NCBI RefSeq assembly: GCF_001194135.2
Contig: NC_068990.1
Span: forward strand, 78,570,089-78,634,088
DNA length: 64,000 nt
From: Octopus bimaculoides
Taxonomy: Eukaryota
Direction of reading: 5' to 3'
Shown here in pieces: positions 1-11,574 of this stretch. A program made the position numbers and the translations under genes. Position 1 is the stretch's first letter, and every line of letters starts with the position of its first letter. The notes below the pieces were generated by a model that saw only the letters and a program-made list of their open reading frames with translations, was not told the DNA's origin and did no database searches.

Positions 1-125
1 AGCAAGTACTTTCCTTCTCTCTCTCACTCTCTAAGTATCTCTCTCTCTCTCTCTCTCTTGCTATATATATATATATATATATATTGGAGAGTATTGTAGT
101 TCGCTTGAAGCATTGTGTATTGTTT

Positions 126-346
126 GTAAAGAATAAAAAGTTTAGAATGGTACAACAATGCACTATAATACAAAAAATGGACTATATACCTGTTGTAAAG
201 CAGAGACTCCATCTAAGAAGATCTGAAGAAGGAATTGTAATTCCGAAATATCATCGGACTAGAGATAACCAAATTACAACAGGCATATAGTCCATTTTTT
301 GTATTATAGTGCATTGTTGTACCATTCAAAACTTTTTATTCTTTAC
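126..346. repeat. Foldback element: 73-bp inverted repeats (126-198 and 274-346) around a 75-bp spacer
   Basis: Left arm gtaaagaataaaaagtttagaatgg...cctgttgtaa is the reverse complement of right arm ttacaacagg...ctttttattctttac with 2 mismatches. Flanked by (TA)n and (CA)n. Confidence 0.92.
212..263 (+). ncRNA. Minimal type I hammerhead ribozyme (Penelope-like/retrozyme type)
   Basis: CUGAAGA 223-229, extra A230, stem II GGAAUU/AAUUCC 231-244, GAA 245-247, palindromic AUAU 248-251, C252. Stem I GAU(220-222)/AUC(253-255) plus distal UCUA(212-215)/UAGA(260-263). Confidence 0.65.
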
Positions 347-1359
347 GCACACACACACACACACATATATCACATATTTATCTGTTGGAGTGATGAGGAC
401 TAGCTAGTCATCTTTAGGTGTGACATGAATAAGTTGAAAGTGAAGAAGGTTGCACATCCTCAGCCTCATTCTCTCATCTGTGACTATATTCAATCGAGTG
501 GCAAGGTCAGGTCAAGATGATTGAAGATGGAAATAGATGTAGTGGATGACTAAGATATCTTGCAGTCTCTGTTAGTCAATCTGCACACGTATTTGTAGAT
601 CTGGGTAAGAGTTTTTTCTGAGCAAGACTAGTAGTTGCTCCCACATGCAAATCCACTGTTTCCACTCCACCAATATCAAAGGGAACGGCTACCAAGATAG
701 GTCTATGAGTACTGCAGTTAAAATGTAAAGGGACAGAAAGATAGCATAAGACATCTCATTAAACTCTTTTAACACTGTCCTCAACCTATTGGTCTGGGTT
801 GATAGTTTTTCTCAATTCCAAAAGGATGAAGGACAAAATTGAGCTTGGAAGGAGCACCAAGACTCAGAACGAATATCGAAAGACTTTCTCTCCAATTCTC
901 TAAGGATTTTCCTAACTTGCTGTTTTAAACATGTTTAATTAACAAACATTTGAAATGACCTGAAGTGATTAGCTAAAAATATTTTGTGGACACAGGCATT
1001 GAGGAAGAAGAGTTACAACATTAGTCAAAAGCAATGAATTCTGGGAGGCCCAAGTGTGTGGAATGACACTAGCGTGGTTGAGTAGACGGTAATCATACTA
1101 ATGGCATCTTCTTCGGGCAAATAAATTTATAAACAACAAGAACTATAATGAACATTAGTGAAACAGTTTCACTGGGAACAGAAAATGGTTAATGGACTCA
1201 TTTTGCCGAGATGTTAATCACCAGGGCAGGCAATACTTTAGATAATAGACCAGATATTAGGTGTTTACATTACTGGGATGGGTAGCCATGTTAATTAGTT
1301 GCAGTATAATTAATTGTCCTGGAATGAAGTTTATACCACAATATGTACAACCTATCTTT

Positions 1360-1380
<21 letters not shown>

Positions 1381-1390
<10 letters not shown>

Positions 1391-1602
1391 AGGAAACAGT
1401 CTTGCACAAACACACAGAGTCAATTAGCTATGCATATATACACATACACTCAAACATATACATATACACACACATACAAACACACAACACCAGGCACACG
1501 CACAAACATAGAAATACACATATGCACACAAGCACTCATATACATACACATAAATACACACTGAGACAAACAAGAATGAATGGATGCGTGTACATGTATA
1601 TT

Positions 1603-1649
<47 letters not shown>

Positions 1650-1800
1650 ACATATATACACGAACATGCATAAAGAAAGAAGAATATATACAGAGAACTT
1701 TACATAAAAACAAGCAGGCTGATCCCCACCCCCAGACAAGTAGGTACACACACACATACACACCCACATAAAAGAAAACACACAAACACACACACACACT
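1381..1800. repeat. Compound (CA)n/(TA)n low-complexity tract
   Basis: Degenerate CA/TA repeats; the His/Thr- and Tyr/Ile-rich ORFs here are artefacts. Confidence 0.9.
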
Positions 1801-2334
1801 CACGAACCATGTTAAAGAGAACCTCAATGTAGAGTTATGTCAGTGAAGTTACTAAACTCCACCGTCACCACCACTTATGTGTGATGGAACTTCTCACTTC
1901 ACAGAGCCAGGAGAGAGAGAGAGGGAGAGAGAGTTAATGGCAATTGTAGGTCAATGTTGTTGTTTGATCAGATCTACAATCAAAGACATTCCAACCTTGA
2001 CCATCCCAACCTTTTACAAGTTTACCTAGCATTAGGTTATCCAAAATCTCCTTTTCTTTTCCAACAAGTTGATTAGGAATTGAGAGAAATTTGGCTGTTA
2101 TTTCTTGCAGATTGAGTGGTCACAAAGCAGTCTCCCTTGCTGGCTCCTCCTGTTGGTTTGACGACACTGATATAGGTGGTGTATGGCATGTAGTGGAGGT
2201 GGGGTCAGACAGGGTGTAATGGGGTTTAAATTATTGATCCCTGAAAGAACCCAACACAGGTACATTAAAGGAAAATCCAAACTAATAAATGCAACATACA
2301 AAGTTTTCTACTGATTCGATTGTAACCACTAATA

Positions 2335-2520
2335 ATAAGAATCCTTGGTACTCTAGGCCTAAAATTTTGCAGGGGGAGGGGCAGTCAATTACATTACGTT
2401 ATTTTATTGGCCCCAAAAGGATGAAAGGCAGTTAACCTTAGAGGAATTTGAATTTAGAATGTAAAGATGGACAAAATGCCACAAAATGTTCAGGATACAA
2501 TTCTGCCAGCTTGCCACCTT
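2335..2520 (-). mobile_element. tRNA-derived SINE, (ATT)n-tailed family S1
   Basis: Reverse complement of the ggcggcgagctggcagaatcgttag...gagttcaaattcc...gcctttcatcc family; adjoins a degenerate (ATAATG/ATAATT)n tract at 2518-2583. Confidence 0.8.
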
Positions 2521-2609
2521 AATGATAATTATGATAATGATAATTATGATAATGATAATTATGATAATGATAATTATGATAATTAAAAAGCACAACTAAC
2601 TAAAAAAAA

Positions 2610-3325
2610 TATAACCAAACAAACCAGCCTATAATGCACTAAAGAGAGAGATTGGTGTGAAAACCACTGCATGGCAAATACCCAATTAGAACCAGGGACC
2701 CAGACCAAACCCTTACCCCTCAATAGCTGACATGCTCTGGTCTCAAATCAGAAACTGAGGGGTATATATCACTGCTGCTCAGGATCGGTTCCTTCCAACT
2801 AGGAATTACCAGAGTAATGTTCTGAGACATGAAAGTAGCCCAACATGTTGCATATGTAGAGAACATTCAGAGACAACTGACCTCATAATCTCTGAATGCA
2901 GCTGACAAGCATCAACAGAGACATGATAGGATATAGTTATTTGGTCAACATGCTACTCATACAACCTCCATCACAAAGAGAATTGGTGGGAGCATAAACC
3001 ATCACATGTTGTGCAGAATGGCTGAAGTTATCATCCTTTGGAATATCAGTGTCCAGACTGATTGGGGAAATGAATCAGATATCGTTGTGAAAAATCATGT
3101 TGTAAAGACTTGTTTTTTGTTTGATGTTGCAGCCCCAATTGACAAAAAAACATTTGAAAAATTGAGCAAATATAAGGACTTAGAGACTAAAACTGGAAGA
3201 ATGCGGCATCTCAAAGCAACAACATAGTTATTGGGGCACTTGGAATAATACCAAAAGGAGCAAACAGATATAAAGACCAAATTGTGAATTGCAAAAGATC
3301 ATACTTATGGGTACCTCACATAACT
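2610..3325 (+). mobile_element. R4/Dong-type non-LTR retrotransposon, decayed C-terminal fragment (zinc knuckle plus RLE endonuclease)
   Basis: Frameshifted motifs KPLHGKYP, GLKSETEG, AQD..LPTRNYQ, ILWNISVQTD, SDIVVKNH, FDVAAP, FEKLSKYKDLE, VIGALG. Confidence 0.85.
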
Positions 3326-3544
3326 TATGTCAATTTCTCTCCATCTCAGCACAATTTTAGTCATTCATTTATATTTATATTTATAAAAATGAATAACATT
3401 TTTTCTCATGACACACATCAATTTTTCAATTACATGGCACCTCATCTATTTTGCATCTTTAGATTCAAAAACTTGTTCCTTGACACTTCTAGTTAAGATA
3501 TGGGTGCAACTCAGACAAATCAAAGCAAAGGCAAAACGTAATAA

Positions 3545-3735
3545 TAAGAATAATCCTTTCTACTACAGGCACAAGGCCAGCAATTTTGAGGGAGGAGTGT
3601 CAGTTACATTATCCCTGTGCCACACTGGTACTTATTTTATTAACCATAAATGTTATAATAGGTTAAACTGACCTCAGTGGCATTTGAACCAAGAACATAA
3701 AAACCCAGAAAAAATGCTGCCTAGCATTTTGCCCA
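3545..3735 (-). mobile_element. SINE family S1
   Basis: cctttctactacaggcacaaggcc...ctgacctcagtggcatttgaacc...agcattttgccc, with the (AAT)n-like tail on the left. Confidence 0.8.
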
Positions 3736-3774
3736 ATGAAGAATAATGATGATTATGATGATGATGATGATGAT

Positions 3775-5568
3775 AAGAGTGAAGAAAAGACATACACTGA
3801 AAATGCAGACTGGATAAGAGACACCGAAGGATCCTACAAAAATTTACCAGAACAAGGATGGGAAGACATCACAACAGCAGAACTAAGAATGACACTCATG
3901 AGTGGAAATTCCCTGATAATGACAGGGTGTCAAACTTCTGGCTGGCATCACGTGCGCACACAAAGAGTTCAGTTATTCAATGAAATTATGAGAGATCCTA
4001 CAAAACACTTGAGAGTTATTACTTACCAACTCGTGAAGAATAATGAAACCAAATTTCCCCAAAACTATCAGCCCATAATATGTCTGTCTACCATGCATAA
4101 AATTTCAACATCAATCCTCATGGAGACAACATACAAGTTTAAGGAACAGAACAATATTTTCCACAATGAACAAAAAGGGTGTCAACGAGGCTCATATGGA
4201 TGCAAAGACCAACTCTTAATCAATCGTATGATCCTTAAGAACTGCCATAACAAATGCAGAAATCTCAATTCCACATGGATTGACTATAAAAAGGCCTTTG
4301 ACAGCATACCACATTCATGGATCTTGAAATCCCTGGATATCTTCAAAATTTCTCCTGTGATTTCAAACTTCCTGAAGCACATGTCAGTGCGGAATATGTT
4401 ATACCACTCTAATGGAGTAGTGACCACAAAAAATATTAATATCAACTGTGGCACTTTCCAAAGTGACTCACTTTCACCTCTAATTTTTTGCATAGCCCTA
4501 ATATCCCTTAAAAGTGAACTTAACAGAACAGGGTATGGGTATAAAACTGGTGACAAGAACATAAGCCATCTATTTTATATGAATGACTTAGAACTCTATG
4601 GCAAAGACAATAATAAGCTTGAAGGACTACTATGTACAGTGAAAGTATTCAGTGATGACAGTGGGATGAAATTTGGTCTTGATAAATGTGCCAAGGCCAC
4701 TTTCCAGAAAGGGAAATTAAAGACCTCACATTCAGTAGTGTTTAGATGTTGACACAGTTATAAAGGAATTCGAACAGGAACAAACTTACAAATACCTCAG
4801 AATAAATTAGGGCTCTGGCATTCAGCATGCAAGCACAAAGGAGAAGATCAGGAAGGAATGTTACAGGAGAGTTCGAGCAGTCCTAAAATCTGAGTTAAAT
4901 GCACGTAACAAGGTGTTAGCAAATTGTACAAGCACCACCCTGAGGCTGTAACTGAGGGAGAAAATGTAATGACTCTTTAGGACTTCCCAATAGGTACAGA
5001 CCAGACCATGAAGGCAAATAAACCAGATATCGTTGGGAATGACCAAAACAATAAAGTCTGTTTATTGATTGACATGAGCAAACCCTGTGAGCATAATATC
5101 TCGGCAAAAGAATTTGATAAGCTCAGAAAATATAAAGATTTGCTAATTGAAATCGAAAAAATGTGGCGTCTCAGGACGGTTACAATACCAGTGATTGTAG
5201 GTGCACTTGGAACCTTCAAAAAAGGAACTGAAAATTATTTAAGAATGATCCCTGGTTTACCATCCATGCAGGAAGTACAAAAGATTGTCTTAACTTGCTT
5301 ACATCACACATACTGAGAAGAACATTGTCACTGTGAATTTTCTTTCCTTTTTTTACCCTTTATTTTCTTTGTTTATTTTTTAATATTTTTTATTTTTTCC
5401 TTTTTCTCTTTGTCTTTCTCCCATTTTTTCCCTATCACATGACTTTGTAAATGAACAATCTGGTGTATTTATTTTAATGCCCTACCAATGTATGCAGTGA
5501 GTTTCTCTGCCTTAGGCGTCAAGGAAGACACTCGGCAAGAAATGGAAACAAGATTAAAAGAAGAGGAT
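3775..5568 (+). mobile_element. R4/Dong-type LINE, 5'-truncated and internally deleted: RT domain, RLE domain, T-rich 3' UTR, (TAA)n tail
   Basis: ORF 3736-4752 has NYQPIICLST, EQKGC, WIDYKKAFDSIPH, GTFQSDSLSP, LFYMND (YMDD decayed, 4576-4587) and GMKFGLDKC. Near 4920 it jumps from LNARNKVLA to YKHHPEAV..., then KPDIV, LIDMSKP, KLRKYKDL, IPVIVGALG. Tail at 5568-5600. Confidence 0.92.
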
Positions 5569-5600
5569 AATAATAATAATGATAAAAATAATAATAATAA

Positions 5601-5790
5601 CCCTTTCTACTATAGGCACAAGGCCTGAAATTTGAGAGGAGGGGACTAGTTGATTGCATCAACCTAAACGTTTAACTAATACCTATTTTATTGGCCCTAA
5701 AAGGATGAAAGGCAAATTTGGCCTCAGCAGAATTTGAGCTCAGAACATGATGGGCAAAATGGTGCTAACGATTCTACCAGCTCACCATAA
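5601..5790 (-). mobile_element. SINE family S1
   Basis: ccctttctactataggcacaaggcctg...ggatgaaaggcaaa...gctaacgattctaccagctcacc; its tail is continuous with the LINE tail. Confidence 0.85.
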
Positions 5791-5879
5791 AGAAAGAGAG
5801 ATACTAAAAGACAAAAGGAGTATATCAAAGTAATAGAAAGGGGAAAGAACTGAGAGAAAAGGGAAGAGTTATAAAACAG

Positions 5880-6050
5880 AAGAAATGATAAACTGATTGA
5901 GAGAGAAGAGAGAGAGGAAGAGAAACAGAGGACAAGAGAGAGAGAGAGAGAGAGAGAGAGGGGGAGAGAGAGGAAGAGAGCGAAGTGAGAAGGAAAGAGG
6001 GAAGAGAAATAGAGGAAGTGAGAGAGAGAGAGAGAGAGGGGGGGAGGGAG
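5880..6050. repeat. (GA)n purine-rich microsatellite
   Basis: Long GA/GAG tract. Confidence 0.9.
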
Positions 6051-6170
6051 TAGTTGAAATATAATAAGTGACCATCAAAATAAAGTAAAAAAAATCTCAT
6101 CATGTTACAAATATAAATAAATTAGATAAGAAGATGAAATGGTTATATTTAAGCAGCACTGCACCTATGG

Positions 6171-6219
<49 letters not shown>

Positions 6220-7099
6220 CATACTGCATACTTGTCAGCAGTTGTGATGTTAACATTGTTTGTTGCCCATTATGACTGGATGTCAACTGGAAGACAATCT
6301 GACGGTAAAATCCGTCATAAATAACAACTCTCAAAAAAGAAAAAAGAAAAGAATGGATGTTAAATGTTGGTTGGCCTGAGATCATAGCATAAGGTGGCAT
6401 GCAGTGAGAGAGAACATGAAACTATGTGGTTGGGAAGCAAACTTCTTACGACACAGCCACACCNNNNNNNNNNNNNNNNNNNNNNNNGGGGGGGGGGGAG
6501 GGGACTCTTTTGAAGTTACAAACTTAAACATATATTAGTATGCATAAAGCATGGTTGCTTCCGAAAGAATAAAAGGAAGAAGAGGACATACTACTCACCG
6601 TTGTGCTCAGTCATACATCAACACACACACATAAATATATCTGTTAATCTCCTGCAACAGTGAGTAGAGGCCAGGTAAAAAAGTCTCCTCTTCATTATCA
6701 TTTTTGAAATAGTAAAGCACGTCTATAGGTTCCACATTATTAGCTGTACGCTCATGAGTTCACTTCCCACAATAGACATTATTCTGGGTCTCCTGGACAT
6801 GAGCAGCAGACTCATCAAGGAAAGAAACATTACTGTCTACACAAATTAATTAAAAGAATCACTAACTGAATGACAACTGAAAATTGTTTATGAAGGGAAA
6901 CAGATTCAATTGGCAAAGGGGAGAAACCGATGCGTTACATGATCCAGATTTCAGTTGGCAACGTTCTGGGTTCAAATGAAACAGGTTTAATGTAGAACTG
7001 CTTAGCTTTGTTAATAAAAATAATTCGGGAGATGAAAGGCAGTTTTATATTTCAATGAATGAAAACAAAGTTTGAATTTCAACTCAGTCATCTACCACC

Positions 7100-7144
<45 letters not shown>

Positions 7145-7954
7145 GAAAACCAGATTAAGTACTGAACTCCTGGTTAACAAGATTAAGAGTTCATATTCTG
7201 TTGCCTTCTGTGGAATATTAATTAGACTTCATTAAGCAGTAATCATGGAGATACAAAGTAAGAAAGAAACTGAAGCAGAAGTAAAACAAGCTGCGTTAAC
7301 AACATATTTGAGGGAACGTTCTAAATAAGTGAACCAAAGAAACTGTAGTAGTAGTAGTAGTAGTAGTAGAGCTAATGGTGGTGTTGGTGGAGGTGGTGTC
7401 AATATTTCTGAATGAAAGATAATTGTCCAATCCAAGTTGTCTATGTTAAGAGTGCTGGTAGTAATGATGATGATGATGATGATGAAAAGAAGAAAGACTT
7501 GTTTTATTGAAGCATTGGGGTGACTAAAACCTGGAACACAGAAAGAATGACACAGTGTTGCTTTATGTGTGTCAGAGGGGGAGAGAGAGAGAGAGAGAGA
7601 GAAAGAGATGGACAAAGAGAGAGAGATAGAGAGGCAGAAACAGAGAGAGTGGGAGAAACAGAGACCTAATTTCCTAGTTTCAGTAAACACTAGCAGGATT
7701 TAAATACACAACAACAACAACAATACTGATTTCTAAGAAAGGCTACCTATATTGAATGAAGATCTAGTTGAGTATATCAAACCTATTAGTTTACTGGTAT
7801 ACACTTTATCAGCCCAAGAAAAGTAAAAGACTTTGAGCCAGAATTGAACAGACTAAATACTAGAAGACATTTTGTCAGCTGACTTTCTGTCTCTGATATT
7901 GCCCTAATAACAATACTACTACTGTTGATAATAATAATAACAATAATAACAATA

Positions 7955-8112
7955 ATGGTTTCAAATTTTCACATTGACTCCAGTATTTGACTGGTATTTT
8001 ATTTTATTGACCCAGAAAGTACGAAAGGCAAAACCCACTTTGTTAGGATTTTAACTCAGAACACAATGAGTTGAAATAAGCAAAATTGCAGGACACTCTA
8101 ACAATTCGGCCA
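7955..8112 (-). mobile_element. SINE family S1, decayed
   Basis: ggtttcaaatttt...ttattgacccagaaagtacgaaaggcaaa...ttaactcagaac; flanked by (AAT)n and (GAT)n. Confidence 0.7.
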
Positions 8113-8130
8113 CATCATTAACCAATAATA

Positions 8131-8162
<32 letters not shown>

Positions 8163-8409
8163 ATTTTCTTTAGACATTTGCAAGACCAAAATTTGCAATT
8201 CAAATCACAAGAAGAACAAGACATCACATCATTTGTGCATGGGATCATTTGCTTCAATGAAGTGGAATAACTTTAACAGGAATGGAAACTTATCTCTGGC
8301 TCTTTTGATCTTCTTCATGATAATTTATAGCTTTCAGTCAAGGCGACAGATATATAGAGAAGGGAGTATTTTATGAAAAAATGGGTCCAGACAGATGGTA
8401 ACATTTCAC

Positions 8410-9050
8410 TGTTGGATGCATGTCTTCATATTTCAAGGGGATTTATTAACACTAACTCATTAACACTATTATTCTATGTGGCAGATGTGCAAGAACAAAA
8501 AGCACCAGGAGCACATGGGATTTAGATTCTCTCAAATGCCCAGGAGGCTCTCTTGAGGTTGTAGATAGTTCCTGTTACCGAGGTCAGGGGTTTTCAAACT
8601 GTGGTCCGTGGACCACAGGGGGTTCGTAGACAGCAAATATGGGCAATTTGATTTTATATGTTTTTTAATCGAAATCTTTTAATTGACAATAAACCTATTT
8701 GTTAAATACTGTTAAATAAATAAATGTAAAAATATATGTTATTTTAAGCAAATATTTATGTATAAATTTCATAAGCATTTATAAGGGGGTCCCCAAGGTA
8801 AAGCCTGAAATATAAAGGGGTCCGCAAGTCAAAAAGTTTGAAAACCCCTGACCTAGGTGACCAAATTAGCAATGGTAGAAGATGTTCTGAAAGTATTGTT
8901 GCTAGAATAAGAATTGGATGGAAGAGGTTCAGAGAGCTATTATCTCTGTTGGCAACAAAAGAACTCTCTCTCTCAGAGTGAAAGGTAGACTATAAGATGC
9001 TTGTGTATGAACAGCTATACTCCATGGTAGTGAGACATGTTGGTGTTGCC
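8410..9050 (+). mobile_element. Old RTE LINE fragment (PHD-RT family) interrupted by a hAT MITE
   Basis: Remnants CWMH, CGRCA, VVD(S)..YLGDQISNG..SESIVARIRIGWKRFRELL..LATK...KGRL match the younger copy at 63800-64000. Confidence 0.8.
8585..8850. mobile_element. hAT (Charlie/Buster-like) MITE, 266 bp
   Basis: Perfect 16-bp TIR CAGGGGTTTTCAAACT. 8-bp TSD accgaggt/acctaggt (1 mismatch, central TA). Confidence 0.93.
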
Positions 9051-10189
9051 TTGGCAGAGGTTTGCACTCTCTGAGTGCTCTTGTTAATAATGATTTAAGT
9101 TATTTAAAGTTGTTGCACACAATTTTCACACCCTGAACACTGTCCTGCTATGTTCTAAGTCTCCACCTACAACCAACAGTAGTACTACCACTACTACTAT
9201 GACCACCACCACAACAACTACAGCTACTATCCCAACATTCACAACAACACCACCAATAAAGGATACCTCCACCACCATTACCATGAACAAGATGAACCAA
9301 CAAAGGATCCTGCAGGTGGTTGCTCGGCCTTCTAGAAAAGGCAACCAAATCCCTCTCAAACCCCTCTCTACCATCATAAAAAGGAATGCATTGAATCCTT
9401 TGGTTACAGGAAAGGGCTGTTGTTCTATCTTTGATCATTTATACTTGTTCAGGGATGACCTGAGGTTAAACAACAACAACAACAAGCCACCACCATTGTT
9501 TCAACAAGGAAGCTTTTAGCCTGTATATGGATACTCAGATTGCTAGAAATAGCTACCATGACAGCCTTAAAACTATATTGAAAAGAGACAATTGGAAGAG
9601 GAGGAGGAGGGGTTAAACAACATTCCCATCGTTACCATAACAACAGAAAACTGTCACCAAAACCAATTTTTGGGACAAACTCTGTAAATATTTATGTCAA
9701 GACAGCAGGGTCACAGAAACATTTAACCAACTCTACCAATGTGTGAGGGAGGGCGAGAGATAATGGGTGTGTATGAGAGGAAGAGAGAGACAGCATGTTT
9801 GTGTCAGAGAGAGAGAGAGAGAAAGAAGAGGTAGAAGGAAAGAAATCCTCCATCACCCCAGGTCACACATTTAACAAGAACCATTTGTTCAGAGAAAAGA
9901 TAGAGTAAGACTTACAAAACACACACACTTGTCTGTCTGTATAAAGAGACAATAGCACACACCCATCATTATACAGGCATCTGTGTACACACACACACAC
10001 ACATTTCTCTGTACACAGAAGAATCCCATATGTTGGCCAAGAAGTCTGACAGGTTGTGTAAGAATGAGGGTGGGGGTGGAAATAGGAAGAAATGATGTTC
10101 ATGCATTTCCATCAGCAATATGAATGAAATAAAATTTGAAATCCAAAATTTGGAGTCTCCCTCCATCTAACCATCATGAAATGATGTTG

Positions 10190-10410
10190 CTCAACATGCT
10201 AGAAACAACAGCCAAATCTCCTTGAAATCATAACAACACTCTTAAACAAAGAAAGATGCATTGAATAATACAGTCCCTTATAGACAAAGAGGTCATGGTT
10301 GAAAGTTCTTTGCTCACTTAGAACTGATCGAAGACTAAACAAAGCCAATGACGATGCCTCTACATAGATGCTCAACATGCTAGAAATAGAAGCAAATCTC
10401 TCAAATTATT
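10190..10410 (+). repeat. Unclassified dispersed repeat with core ctagaaatagcagccaaatctccctcaaatcacacc
   Basis: Related copies near 1950-2125(-), 12590-12850(-), 14300-14425(-), 33380-33560(-), 57340-57570(+), 61745-61925(+). Confidence 0.65.
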
Positions 10411-10432
10411 TTATTGTTTTTAACCTTTTTGT

Positions 10433-11112
10433 TGCCATATGCCAGTACCGCCTGACTGGCCATCGTAGGATTTTCGAGCGAGATCGTTGCCAGTGCCCCT
10501 GGACTAGCTCTTGTGCGGGTGGCACATAAAATACACCATTTTGAGCGTGGCCGTTGCCAGTACCACCTGACTGGCCTTCGTAGGATTTTCGAGCGAGATC
10601 GTTGTCAGTGCCCCTGGACTGGCTCTTGAGCGGGTGGCACATAAAATACACCATTTTGAGCGTGGCCGTTGCCAGTACCGCCTGACTGGCCTTCATAGGA
10701 TTTTCGAGCGAGATCGTTGTCAGTACCCCTGGACTGGCTCTTGAGCGGGTGGCACATAAAATACACCNNNNNNNNNNCCAGTACCGCCTGACTGGCCATC
10801 GTAGGATTTTCGAGCGAGATCGTTGCCAGTGCCCCTGGACTAGCTCTTGTGCGGGTGGCACATAAAATACACCATTTTGAGCGTGGCCGTTGCCAGTACC
10901 GCCTGACTGGCCTTCGTGCGGGTGACACATAAAAGCACCCACTACACTCTCTGAGTGGTTGGCGTTAGGAAGGGCATCCAGCTGTAGAAACTCTGCCAAA
11001 TCAGATTGGAGCCTGGTGTAGCCATCTGGTTTCACCAGTCCTCAGTCAAATCGTCCAACCCATGCTAGCATGGAAAGCGGACGTTAAACGATGATGATGA
11101 TGATGATGATGA
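10433..11112 (+). mobile_element. RTE LINE 3' UTR-only copy: 115-bp tandem hairpin/pseudoknot array, ggaagggcatccagc domain, (GAT)n tail
   Basis: gccagtacc starts at 10441, 10556 and 10671 (period 115), then an N gap. The same module follows the RTE stop codon at 20530. Ends ccatgctagcatggaaagcggacgttaaac(gat)n. Confidence 0.88.
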
Positions 11113-11574
11113 TTTCTGTTGCGGATAATTTTGAAAATAATGAAGAACTTTATGAAATAATTATCTTTATGAAGCAAATGTCTGGGACAGGAATCAACCG
11201 AAAATTTTGATAGAAGGTTTTAATTTAAATAATTCTAAAACAAGAAATTTGAAACATAGAACCAAGGGTGGTCTTGGGTGGGTTGGTCTCAAAAGTGTTA
11301 AAGAAAATGTGGTTGTGTGGGTGAAGTGTGTCTAGGGTAAAAGATAGGTAGGGCATGGCTGGAAAGTATTTTTTGATCACAAGTCTATTCAAAGAAGGCT
11401 GGTTTAGGGCTAAATAACAACTTTATAGATCCAACTGAAGAGATCTGATATCCTACCCAAACAGGGGTACAGTCTGTTCTGGGATACTTCACTCTACTTC
11501 CTCTCCATCTTTAGCAACAGGAGATCTAACACAATGCAATAACAATTGAAGTTTGGTAAGAATTGAAGCCATTG

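Noticed and set aside
10433-10945. 115-bp array as CRISPR, pistol, twister or HDV-like ribozyme
   Set aside because: No spacers. CGUGC..GCACG-UAAAA resembles pistol P1 and the hairpin resembles HDV P3, but I could not build the remaining required helices by eye.
10406-11035. 209-aa minus-strand ORF and overlapping ORFs
   Set aside because: Antisense translation of the RTE 3' UTR array; the peptide repeats only mirror the DNA repeats.
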